From Octopus vulgaris (Eukaryota), in contig OX597814.1 in the NCBI GenBank assembly GCA_951406725.2, positions 154,194,001 to 154,258,000 on the forward strand: a DNA stretch of 64,000 bases, written 5' to 3'. Made by a program: the position numbers and the translations under genes. This document shows positions 1 to 12,985 of this stretch, piece after piece. Position 1 is the first letter of the stretch; each line of letters opens with the position of its first letter. Under the pieces are notes generated by a model, which saw nothing but the letters and a program-made list of their open reading frames with translations, did not search any database and had not been told where the DNA came from.

Positions 1-69
1 CAGGAAGCAGTGAATTCATTCTAATGGTGTGACTAAAAATGAGAAGAAAAATATTTTAGTGATTGTCAT

Positions 70-650
70 TTACTCTTTTACTTGTTTCAGTCATTTGACT
101 GTGGCCATGCTGGAGCACCGCCTTTAGTCGAGCAAATCGATCCCAGGACTTATTCTTTGTAAGCCTAGTACTTATTCTATCAGTCTCTTTTGCCGAACCA
201 CTAAGTTACGGGGATGTAAACACATCAGCATCGGTTGTCAAGCGATGTTGGGGGGGGGGGACAAACACAGGCACACAAACATATACACACACATACATAC
301 ATACATACATATATATATATATATATCATCATCATCATCATCATCGTTTAACATCCGCTTTCCATGCTAGCATGGACTGGACGACTTTGCCTGAGGGCTG
401 GCGAACTAGATGGCTGCACCAGGCTCCAATCTTGATCTGGCAGAGTTTCTACAGCTGGTTGCCCTTCCTAATGCCAACTACTCCGAGACGGGTTTCTTTC
501 AGTTTCTATCTACCAAATCCACTCACAAGGCTTTGGTCGGCCTGAGGCTATAGTAGAAGACACTTGCCCAAGGTGCCATGCAGTGGGACTGAACCTGGAA
601 CCATGTGGTTCATAAGCAAGCTACTTACCACACAGCCACTCCTATGCCTA
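70..650 (-). mobile_element. tRNA-derived SINE family A with a nested RTE-tail insertion (326-488)
   Basis: Minus-strand head AGGAGTGGCTGTGTGGTAAG..GGTTCAGTCC (A/B boxes), CORE-like ACCTTGGGCAAGT, central microsatellite, tail GACTGAAACAAGTAAAAGAG. Confidence 0.8.
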
Positions 651-1335
651 CTTAATGACAAAATTTTCTCACAATAGCAGCATTTTTAATCTTTTTCTTT
701 TACTTGTTTCAGTCATTGGACTGCAGCCACATTGGGGTACTGCCTTGAAGGGTTTAGCTCAAAGATCAATCCCAGTGCTTATTTTAAAATTTAGTACTTA
801 TTCCATTGGTTACTTTTGCCAAACCACTAAGTTAGGCAATGTAAACAGACCAACACTGGTTATCAAGTGGTAATAGTGAACAAACACAGCACAAACAAAA
901 ACCCTGTCTCCCAGTTATAATCAGCAGCAGAGTCAATGTGTGTCACTCATTGCAACAGTAACAACAGGTATCCCTTAATAGAAGTACGACCCCATTCAAT
1001 TTTTAGGTTGGGGATTAGATGGAAACTGAAAAGATAGGAAAAAAACCAAAGCAAAGAAACAAGGCAATAAAATAGTACATGGAATTCACTTCCCGTGAAG
1101 AAGAGATCAATGTTGAGGAAGAATGCATTGCCTATGAAAGGGAGTACATTTCCTGCGAAGAGGAACAAACCTTCACCCTAAATGAAATGAAATTGACAGT
1201 CCTTTTGCTAGACTAACAAAGATCTGATATCTTTATCTTTTATTTGTGCCACCTCTCAGCTTACCAGCCCTGGTCAAACTTCCATCCCATGGCAGCATGG
1301 ACAACAGACGTTAAATGATGATGATAATATATATG

Positions 1336-1372
<37 letters not shown>

Positions 1373-2024
1373 CTTTTTCTTTATTTGTAAATTAAGGCTA
1401 CCATTGGTTTCATGTTAAGAAGAGTAGGAAAATATTTTCTTCTTAACATGAAAGCAATGGTAGCCTTAATTCACAAATAAAGAAATTATATATCCACCGA
1501 TGTGGTGTTGAGCACTCATTTCATTGTTCTACATTTACGTGCGTGTGTGTATGTGTGTGTATATATATATTTATATATATATATATCATCCAGCCCATGC
1601 CAGCATAGAAAACAGATATTAAATGACGACAATGATGATGATGATGATGATGATGATGACATATGATGGGCTTCTTTCAGTTTTTGTTAACCAAATCCAC
1701 TCACAAGGTTTTGACTTGTCTGAGGCTATGGTGGAAGACTCTTGCCCAAGTTACCACAGAGTAGGACTCAACTTCTTACTACACAGCAAGGCTTGATATT
1801 TTTGAATGAAATGCACTTACAATTTCTAGAACAAGTATGGTGGTCAGGAAAGGAGTGGAGCCACATTACAAAAAGTATAAAAAAAGACATAATATTAGCA
1901 CAAATTTCCAACAGATATTACCAAGTGTTATAAGTCAATGATCCAATCCACAGGATGTAAGCTCTCACTCACTCACTGTAACTCAAGAGCTCCTCTTGAA
2001 ATATCCTGAAATCATAAGGTATAT

Positions 2025-3310
2025 AATATAATGAAATTATTGTATACAGTGCTCAGGTGCATCACAACTTGTCAGAAAGTGCATATACAGTACATGCAGT
2101 AGTGTAGAAATGTCTGGAAAGTGAACATGCTTGTGTGTGTATGGAGGGGAGAAAATCAAGTGTAGTGTTGGCGAATCTCAGGAAGCATGGCAGTCTTGAA
2201 GGATGCAGTGCTCCGACAACTAACAACCGATGTCGGCAGTTTGTTCCACGCTTCAGCAACTCTCAGTGTGAAAAAATGTTTCCTGAAGTCATGGGAGCTG
2301 TGCTGTTTTCTTACTTTGTAAATATGTCCACGGGTGTTAGATGGGTGGAGTTTGAAGAGGTGCTCAGAGTTATTGTTTGTGCGATGGTTGATAATTTTAT
2401 GGGTGTCTGCCAAGTCAGCTGCCAGACGTTGGAGTTTCAATGTGTCCATGCCCAGGGAAGTAAGGCGTTCAGGATATGGCAAATGCCTGATGGAGGGTAT
2501 TCTTTTGGTTGCACGTCGCTGAACAGCTTCCAGACGATTGATGTCCTGGGCAAGATAGGGGTTCCAGACCGGTGATGCAAATTCCTGGTGAGGTCTTACC
2601 ATAGCTATATAAAGCCACAGATAGATAGCCGGAGAGCGGCTCACAAAGGATTTGGTGAGTGATGCCAAGACACCCTCAGCCTTCTTGACAATTTTAGTGA
2701 TGTGTTTTGTCCAACGCAAATCACTGTTGACAATAACACCCAGGTCACGTTCACTTGAAGACTTTTTGAGACTAGTGTTGTGGAGGGAGTAGGTGGACGC
2801 TGGGTTTCTCCTCCCAAAATGCATGGTGGTACATTTGTCCACAGCCAGCTTGAGTTGCCAGTCCATGATTCACTGTTGCATTGTGTCCAGGTCTGCTTGC
2901 AATAGAGATCCATAGTGTATAGGATTTGACCTCTTTATTTCGAGGTACAGCTTGATGTCATCTGCATATTTCAGCACTGTGGAATTCTTTAAGTTGGCAT
3001 CTATGTCATTAACATATGCAACAAATAAAAGGGGGCCAAGAACAGATCCCTGCGGCACACCAGATGTCATCTCATAGGGCGAAGAGTGCTGTCCTAGAAC
3101 TGTGACAACCTCTTTTCGGCCCAAAATAAAGGACTTTAACCAGTTATAGAGTTCGTCTCTTACACCCAACGCAGAAAGCTTCACCATAAGTCTTTTGTGT
3201 GGCACAGAGTTAAAAGCCTTAGCAAAGTCCAGGTAAACAACATCCACCCAGGATCCGCGATCAGTGATTTGGGTAACGTCCTCAAGAAACTCGATGAGTA
3301 TGAACAATTC
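2025..3310 (-). mobile_element. 5'-truncated CR1-group LINE (RT C-terminal part plus 3' end) with one in-frame nonsense codon
   Basis: VYLDFAKAFNSVPH, GVPQGSVLGPLLF, YADD, LEAVQRRATK, TRGH. The ORFs 2870..3307 and 2156..2866 are in one frame, split by TGA at 2870-2872. Confidence 0.92.
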
Positions 3311-4598
3311 AGAGAGAGAGAGGAAGTGGAAAAGTTGTTTTTTTCCAAAAAAAAGCTAGACAATATTTAAATTATATACATACACAGGTGCAGGAATAGC
3401 TGTGTGGTAAGTAGCTTGCTTACCAACCACATGGTTCTAGGTTCAATCCCATTGCGTAGCACCTTAGGCAAGTGCTTCAACAATAGCCTGGGGCTGACCA
3501 AAGCTTTGTGAGTGGATTTGGTAGATGGAAACTGAAAGAAGCCCTTCGTATATATATATAAAGTCATTATTAAGAAAATCGGCATTTTTTTCTATTTGCT
3601 GCTGATAAAAAACTGCATTCCTCCACCTCCTGCCCCACCTCCTCCTGTCCCTGCTCCTTCCTCCTGCCTCTCCTTTGCTGCTGCTACCATCACTGTCATC
3701 ATTTAACATTTGCCTTCCCTGCTGGCATGAGTTGGATGGTTTGGCAGGAGCAAGCAAGCCAAGGGACTGCACCAAGCTCAACCGTCTGTTTTAGCATGGA
3801 AACTGTAGTAAAGCATCAAAGTCCTTGCTATTAGCTATGAACATTTCCTCATGGCCAGACATATTTTCCCTAGAAGACTGGAAATTAGCAAAATCACTTG
3901 TGTGACAGTGATCCTTGTTAATAACCATCATGATATCAAAACAAGGGTCCATAGAAACACATACACACATCACACACAAACACACACACATACACACACA
4001 TGTATGTGTATATGTCACTAAATCTTAGAGGTTGAAGAAATGAGACTGATAGAATAAGTACTCTTTTTTTGAAAAAAAAAATGTATTGGAGTTGATTTGT
4101 ACCTCTTCAAGGAGGATAGGCAGGAGGAGGAGGGGCAGGAGGAGGTGGGGCAGAAAAGTTTATAATATTAAATAAATAGGTAATTAATTATTGCAACATA
4201 AAATATATAAGTTTCTATTAAGCAAAAGGTAGAATTATTATCTGTAGTTTTTATTCTTTATTTATCCATTAAGCATAATGTAGAATTCTTGTCTGCAGTT
4301 TTTGTTCTTTAGATATCCAGTGTTGTCATCAATTTTAGTTGATAAATATACTAATTTTCTACATTAGTATGGTATTTTTTATATTTGATTTTTATAAACT
4401 TAATTAGTTATTCAATGACGTCGCTCTTGATTGAATGAATGTCTAAAGTTAAATTTGGTTTGGCATTTCTTTTTGCTAATGTTTTTTAACAGCTAAAATT
4501 TTTTCAGAATTTTACCAATTTGGATTACCTTGATAATGTTGTGTTGACATAAATTTTCGTGCATATTATTATTAAATTTTAATAATATTATGTATATA

Positions 4599-4995
4599 TC
4601 TTTATATATAAAAGAGAGGTTGTGTGCTGTCTGTCTCCTACGATTTAGATTCCTAACTACTCCCACATTTTGCAGTGCAGTTTAACCAAAACCGGGCATC
4701 TTATAGTCATGATTTATATCGAGCCCTTCTGGGTATTAGCGCGCATCTATGATGAGTCTACGATTTAAAAAAAAAATTACCATCAATTTTTCCCATTTTT
4801 AATGCATTTTTGGCATATATAAGGGAAGTAACTCTCTAAAAATTTATTATTAAATCTCAGAACGTAAAAAGCTACAGTAACAACCCCCCCTTTGTGGTTA
4901 GCCATATTGAGATGGCTATTATACTTCACATCTTTAAAAATGCTTATATAGTTATTTCCCTTACAAACCCGAGCAACGCCGGGCGATACTGCTAG
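4599..4995 (+). mobile_element. Non-autonomous Helitron
   Basis: A|TC 5' end, subterminal hairpin CCCGAGCAACGCCGGG, CTAG|T 3' end, no TSD. Confidence 0.75.
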
Positions 4996-5040
<45 letters not shown>

Positions 5041-5060
5041 ACATATGAAGATATATATAT

Positions 5061-5100
<40 letters not shown>

Positions 5101-5717
5101 CAAAATGGGACAAGAACGCAAAACATCTGGACAGCTAGGTGATACAAAAAGGGACAACAAAACATCCAGATAGACAATATGATGAAAACAAGGACAATCA
5201 TTTGAAGTTTTCTTTCCTTAGTCAAGCACCAGATTATCCTCGCAATTTCGGCTGATTATTCTTGAGATTGCTCCAATCTGGCCAGCCCCAAGGAAAAACT
5301 AAACTAAGAGCATTAGATTCTTTGGAAGAAAGCAGTGAATGTATACAAAAACAAGGACGGAAAAAACAGACAATGTTACACAAATATAAATACAATAAAA
5401 AAATACAATGTTAATGCAATTGAAACAATTGTTAGATTTTTATGGTGTGATCTAAAATAAAGATATGATTTTCTTCATACTCTGAATTTCTTAAAATTCT
5501 GCATAAGGATTGTTAGATTTACCTGTGAAATATGAGGATTTACTTGGGATTTGTATTTTACATACATTTACATTTACTACATCTACTAGTTGGAAATTTA
5601 ACCTTATTCTTTTATACCGAGTGTTTACTAGATATCTGCCTGGATGTTTTAATCCCATTTTCTCTTGTATGTATGTATGTATGTAAGTATGTATGTATGT
5701 ATGTATGTATGTATGTA

Positions 5718-5754
<37 letters not shown>

Positions 5755-6989
5755 ATGTATGTATGTATGTATGTATGTATGTATTTGTTTAGACAGACAG
5801 ACAAACAGATCTGTTTGTCAGTCTGTCTAAACAAATACATACATACTCAAATATTACAAAAATGCTTTCACTGATGAATTTACACACACCTAATTTATTG
5901 TCAACCATTTATTTAATGTCCTGTACAATGTTAACCACATCATAGAAGAAGAACAGTGGCTGTTTGTTTTCAACTTGGATAATTGAAAAGACAGAAAACA
6001 TCTTACGTTACATGTCAGAATAATATTTGAGGTGAATTTGGAGGTGAGAACCTTTGCATTATTAAATTAGTACTTTGAAATATTTGGTACCTGTGTGTCT
6101 CAAATGATTAAGTTTTTATTTACCCCACAATGTAACAGTCTTTGAAGTTTAGTCTTTATCTGTTACTCACATACAGCACACCCTTTATGTCCAGTTAACT
6201 GTTCCTTTTATGTATTTAATGAACGTTGAAGTAACATGAGCTGTTGTTATTTTTCATTTCCTACAACTAAATACAAACTTCCAAGACAGTGAGAAGGCTT
6301 CTTTATGATCACTTAAACTGTTAAAAATAGCAGCCAGATCGCCTTCAGATCATCACGTTGCTGGTTTAGAGCAGTAAAAGATACATTATATAATTTGGTA
6401 CATTGGATATCCCTAAAATATATTTCTTTATTGCCCACAAGGGGCTAAACATAGCGGGGACAAACAAAGACAGACAAAGGGATTAAGTCAATTACATTGA
6501 CCCCAGTGCGTAACTGGTACTTTATTTGTCGACCCCGAAAGGATGAAATGCAAAGTCGGCCTCGCGGAATTTGAACTCAGAACGTAATGGCAGTCGAAAT
6601 ACGGCTACGCATCTCACCTGGTGTGCTAATGATTCTGCCCCCTAAAATAAAGACAAGGTAGTTGTAGCTAAAATGCTTTTGATGATAGATCTGCTTGGTC
6701 AGAGCTGGACTGGTGCAAAACAAGAAAGCCAGCTAAATATAAGTTCAAATTATTTCCAGAGGGTAATAACATATTTGTAAAAGTCACATAATGCACATTT
6801 TACTAAAACCACTACAGGGAAGACCCAAACAGCATGAAACAAGGACCTCATATATCATAGTTTCTGACTCAATAAAATAGTGACTACTTGTAACACTAAA
6901 GGCAAAGGACATATAAAATGATATGCTGGCAGTAAGTTAGTGTGAGTGACTCACTTTTAATTCTTGGTTCTAAACATTTTCTCCTATCA

Positions 6990-7177
6990 GGCACAGGTAT
7001 GGCTGTGAAATAAAAAGCTTGCTTTCCAACCACATGATTCCAGGTTCAGTCCCATTGCATGGTATCTTTGGCAAGCATCTTCTATTATAAAGCCAGGTCA
7101 ACCAAATCCTTGTGAGTTGATTTGGTAGATGGAAACTGAAAGAAGCCTGAATATATATATAGATATATCTGTGTGTC

Positions 7178-7238
<61 letters not shown>

Positions 7239-7420
7239 CACAACCAGTGTTGGTTTGTTTATGTCTCTAACTTATTGGTTTAGCAGAAAAAAAAAACAAA
7301 AAGAAAAACTGATAGAATAAATACCAGACTTTAAAAAGTACTGGGATCCATTTGTTCAATTAAACCCTTCAAGAGAGAGCCTCAGCATGACTGCAGCCTA
7401 ATGGCTGAAACAAGTAAAAT
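6990..7420 (+). mobile_element. SINE family A copy
   Basis: Same head, (GT)n centre and tail. Further partial copies near 690, 1660, 3384, 10430, 10890, 11080, 37250, 39540, 41430 and 45520. Confidence 0.7.
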
Positions 7421-8899
7421 GTAAAAAATAAAAGATTATGGAAAATAAGCATGAATATCAAATCTTCATTATCCCATTTCCTGAATTACAGTAGAGTAAT
7501 TCCTTGATTGATATATTCCTGATCAAAAATATTAAGAGACTGATCTGTATTTATGAATGCCTACATGAAATTTAAAAGAAGAAAAAAAAATTCCAAACTG
7601 ATAATTGGAAATTATGTTGCAGGTATAATTTTTCTTTTTACTGATAGTCATTTATATGCTTCTACACATCTGACTCCATAACATAAATGATTCTTCAGAC
7701 ACAAACATTTTCAGCTCACATCAAAGAATTGGCTTTGCACAATACAAAAGTAGCTATGTATATTCTCACACATGCAATTATGTAAATTTTATATAATTGT
7801 TGTGAATTAGATCATGTTTATTCTTCCTACAAGATCAAAAAAGATGCATTGTTGTTAGTAAGTGCAAAGTAAAAATAAAAAATATAAATAACCAATTATT
7901 GTTGTTTCATCTATGGAGAATCCTTTTAATTTCCTGTAAGTAATGATACCAAATTTTGAACAAATGCATTTTTCTAGTTAAACAAACATTTTATTGTCAT
8001 TGCAACATAACAGTGTGTTTATATATTTTATACATGATTGGCCAACACATTTTCAAACTCTAACAATTTTCTACATTGTTCTCAGTCACTTGCCAAATTA
8101 AAGCTATTTTCCTTTTGACTGTTGACTCAGCTCACATGTTTCTCTAATAGTTTTAAGCCAATTTTCCCTCTGTTCTTGCTTTGCTTCTGCCAGAAATAAC
8201 ACTTGCCAACTACAGTGTAGAAATTACCTAATATAAGGAATGTTGATTAACTCTACAATGACACTGTACTATCATCATCTCTCACACTTGATGACTTAGT
8301 TCTTCCTACCAATGAAACCATTTTTCTCTTTTTATTTTTTGGCTTTTATTTATAATTAGTCATTTCAACTTTTAGCATGAAATTTTTAATCTTCCATCCA
8401 GTAACAAGTTTTTCCACATATTTTCTGTTTCTCTTGGACAGATTTACACATACATATGGACATGAATTCAGGTGCAGTACACTTGAAAACTTGAGCTTTT
8501 TAGATCTGCCTTTTTATCTTTATCTCCACTCATCACATTTAGAGTACAAGGTAGTATAAAAGCAAAACCTGTACATATTTTCGTAAAATACTAATCTTAT
8601 TATTCTCCTCTCATTTCTGCAGACTCACTTACAGGAATGCTCATTTCAAGTTCATTTTCTATAGATTTACTTGTATAAAAGCACATCTTGCATGATCCAC
8701 TTGCATTTTGCACATACATACATGCATAAAGAATGCACATTCATAATGTACACATAGAAACAAAATGTACTTGGTCATATAGAGAATTAAAAAAAGAGTA
8801 GTAAAACAAAATGAGAGAAAACAATGAAAATGAAACCTTGTTTTCTCAAATTTCTATAAAGAATGAAACGATAAAAAGCAGAAAATAAGGGAGATATGT

Positions 8900-9800
8900 G
8901 TAAGTTGAGCCCTTTCATCTCATCCTATTGAGATTTTTCAAAATAGTAATTTTTTTCTTTTATTCATTATTGTGGCTTTTTGCAGAGTTACTTACTTCCG
9001 GAGAAAATTTTTCATAAAGTATCTCTTCATTTCCAAATGAATTATTGGATTATCTCTTAGGCACTGTTTAAAAACAGGAAAATTTTGAATTTTTTGTTCT
9101 CTCAGATTTGTTAACATTTGCTTAGAGGGATTTTTCTTAGTTTTATATGATAAATTTACTGTTTATGTATCCTCACTCTTTTACATTGGGAATTTCCAAT
9201 CTGACCAAAGTAATATTTCTTACAACTGAGGCAGGTTAAGCAATATATAAGGTATATAAGGTTTTCAGTTTTGTAGTTCATGAAGGACTTGGGGTTTGAT
9301 TGATTTGTGATTTAAGTTAGTTTAGAGTTGGTTTATGGAGATCTTCTGATTCCTCGCTCTTATCAGATTCTTCAAAAAATTGTGATTTTTCATCACCTGG
9401 AGAGCTTCCTTTTCTTTTTATCAAAGATTTTGTTTGTATTTATGAATGTTAATAGGAACTTTGGTATCATAGGAACTTTGATATCATATTGATATATATA
9501 TATATCTAAATGTTTATCTTTTCTACGTAGGGTGAAATTAAATTTATTCCTCACAATGAAATTGCTGTCTTCATTCTTGTTGAAAATTTTCTCAGACAGA
9601 GGCAATAGCTAAAGTCTGCTTTTATTTCAGTTATATTTGAGATTTATGTAAGGACAAATTAGAATAATTTTTGTTTAATTTTCTTTTCAATAAATATATG
9701 ATTTCCAGATTAATATTTTCTATGTGTTTCATTAGTTTCTGATTGACACAAGTTCTCTCTAAAAAGGTAGTTTACAGTGTTATGACCACTTCTGTAGTTA
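8900..9800 (-). mobile_element. Decayed Penelope-like element (GIY-YIG remnant plus downstream hammerhead-like motif)
   Basis: Minus strand ~9275-9160 reads YKTENLIYLIYCLTCLSCKKYYFGQIGNSQCKRVRIHKQ; boundaries approximate. Confidence 0.65.
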
Positions 9801-11259
9801 GGATTTCTGTTATCTATTTATAGTTTTCTGAGTTTGTATATGTGCTGTGTCTTATTTTGTTTGCTTCTTTTTCATCTCTGTTTTGTCTCACTTTATTTGG
9901 TATTGTTGGTTGCTGATTGTTTTCCATATCTTGTTAGTTCATCTGTTGGTATGCTTTGTCTTGAGTTTATAACATATTTCCAGTTAGAATTTCAGGTGTT
10001 CTTGAGATTATTTCCATATACATTATAGGCTATTTGGTTGATAGATTTTTTTTTACCTAGTTCTTTTGTAATATATTCTCAATTTTTCCTTTTCCATATT
10101 TCCTGCAGTGGCTTAGCTTTCATTATTCATTATGGAGTCTTCTCCAGAGTTTCTTCAATAATCCTCAAACCATTATGGTTTTACCACAATTTTGTAGAAT
10201 TATCTTCTTTGTGTTTGTGAGAAACTATTCCACTTTATTTAGATGGGCTGACCTCATGGTGCAACTGAAGGATAACAAATGGATATTCAGGGTGACAGAA
10301 TAGACACTAAGACAATGGATAAGATCAAGAAACCAACCAAAGACAAGATGGTGAGATAATCTCACACATCACCTCGTGTCTATATGTCCACAATTGATCA
10401 GAGACAGACAGTGGTTGAAGGAGTCTAGGAGTGTGTGTGCATGTATGTGTGTGTGTTTGTCCCTCCTACCATCACATGACAACTGATGTTGGTATGTCTA
10501 CATCCCCATAATTTAGCAGTTTGGCAAAAGAGACCAATAGAATAAGTACCAGGCTTACAAAGAATAAGTCCTAGTGTCGATTTGTTTGACTAAAGGTGAT
10601 GCCCCAGCATGGCTGCAGTCAAATAACTGAAACAAATAAAAGAGTAAAAGAGAGTCAGTTAATGAATTTGAAAGATTCCATTCAACCATATTCTCTTGCA
10701 ATCTACACCTACCTCATACAATGAGTTTCCACCCTGATACCTCCTTATTACTGTTTTCCCTCTTTTTCTAGCTCCACACTGGTTACTACCATTTTCTCTT
10801 TTATATTGTAAGTAGCCATTTAGCTCTTCTACTACAAGAAACCTGTTCTGTTCTGGCTGGTCCTGCCATTTCAAAATATCAATATCCAGGATTTCCATCT
10901 ACCAAATCCACTCACAAGGCTTTGGTCAGCCTGAGGCTATAGTAGAAGACACTTGCATAAGGTGCCATGCAGTGGGACTGAACCCAGAACCATGTGGTTG
11001 GTAAGCAAGCTACTTGCTACACAGCCATTCCTGCCTCTACTGACAAATTCAGCTTAAATTTTAAGGTTTAGAGTAAATCATAAGCACAGGCATGGCTGTG
11101 AATTTTAAGAAATCTGTTTTGCAACCATGTGGTCTCAGGTTCAATCCCAGAGTGTGGCACTTAAGACAAGTGTCTTCTACTATAGTCCTGTGACTGAATT
11201 TGGTAGATGGAAATTGTGTTGAAGCCCACTGTGTGTGTGTTTGTGAGTATATATATGTA

Positions 11260-11303
<44 letters not shown>

Positions 11304-12598
11304 AATGAATGAATGACTCCTTCTTTGTTAGAAAGTAAGCAAAATATATGAACATTAATAATTCTGAGGTGAATGCTTTGGTGCAGAACTAGTTAGGCTG
11401 TTAAAAGAATTCTGAATAAAATTTGGCAGATAGAAATTATAGCTAAGCCCCATACATATACATCTATGTGTGTGTGTATGTGTGTGAATGTTTGTGCAAA
11501 CTGGTGTAAAACAGCACATCAAGTTGTGTCCTTTTATGTCAAATGGTAAACTTGGCCAGTTGATAAATAGACCTTGAATAAAACAGGTACTGGGTTTGGT
11601 ATAATTAACTAAAACCTTTGAATGCAGTGCCCCAGCATGGCCATAGTCAAATGAGTAAAACCATTACAAGAGTGTTGGTATTAGTGGATTTTTCATTGTT
11701 CAGCAATGAGGATTCAAACGTTTGATCAAATGAATTACCTACTTCTGAAATAAAGTGTTAGTGGTTGAACATTCGGCAAACACGTGTATCCTTAATGTAA
11801 TTGTCATACAGAATCAACATGACTGTGTGATAAGGCTGTACCTTTGGAATTACAGGTACAATCCATCTAGGCTTCAGTACAGTTTCCATCTATCCAATTT
11901 CATTCACAGAAGATAATCCAACCTAACACTCTAGAATAATGTCATATGCCAAAAATGGTAAGCAGCAGGATCGAATCCAGGACTGCGTGGTTGTTAAGTA
12001 AATCTTTTCCTCATACTGTTATACTACTCTTTCGTATATAGCAAATAGGGTAATTAACACGAGGGAGGTAAATATAAAGGGAAGCAATCCAAGCTTACAC
12101 TTGGAAATATAAACATTTTTCAAGAGACCTTATTAACACAGTTGTCTCCCATGAATTTTACGCACACTTGTTTATTATCAGTACTTAAGGTGGCGAGCTG
12201 GCAGAATCGTTGGCCCACCAGGCAAAATGCATAGTGGCATTTCGTCCGTCTTTACGTTCTGAGTTCAAATTCCACCTAGATCAACTGTAATCGACTTACA
12301 CGCATTCCCGGCATTGCTGGCCTCGTGCCTGAATTTGAAATCAATATTATCATTACTGTATCAATGGAACATGTTTGCAACATTTACAATAGACTCTCCT
12401 GATCTTCGGTTTTCAGTGTCCATGCAGCATAAAGTTTCTTAAATACTTTACATACAGAATGACTTTCGTTCAAAGTGAGAAACCTCTTACTTGCAATCAG
12501 TTCATCAAACTTATTTGAGCTTTTCTTACTCTAGTGCATTATACATCCACGATAGCCATCTTCACTATCTTGGAAATATTTTCCCATAAGCATCAGAA

Positions 12599-12985
12599 TC
12601 TATATATATAAAGCTGAAGTTGTCTGTGTATGGCAGGTTTGGTAGCCTTCAACTAACACTATCTCTTCTGAGACCCTGCGGCGTAAGTTGATCAAAATTG
12701 AGAGTATGATAGAAGGCTTGCTCTTCCTTCCGTAGAAGAAAAATTCAAATTGGACCATGTTAACACCTAAAATTATTTACATCAAAAAGGTGCTTTTTTT
12801 TCTATGAAAATCCCTATTTTTTACGATTTTTTTACTGCTGTGTCGCCATTTTTTGGTCTATTTCAACCAGAAAAATGTTCACTTAAAGAGAATAACAAGC
12901 TACATAATGCAAAATTTTTACTTTTCAAAAATTTCGATTCTAAAGGGTCGAAACAAACCCGAGCAACGCCGGGCGATACTGCTAG
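12599..12985 (+). mobile_element. Non-autonomous Helitron (same 3' end, different body)
   Basis: A|TCTATATATATAAAG ... AAACCCGAGCAACGCCGGGCGATACTGCTAG|T. Confidence 0.75.

Noticed and set aside
2135-2575. 146-aa plus-strand ORF, also repeated at 30112
   Set aside because: Antisense shadow of the LINE RT frame.
5095-5400. Repeat with GGCTG...CAGCC-GAAA on the minus strand
   Set aside because: The CTGANGA core is absent; possibly a decayed PLE terminal repeat but not callable.
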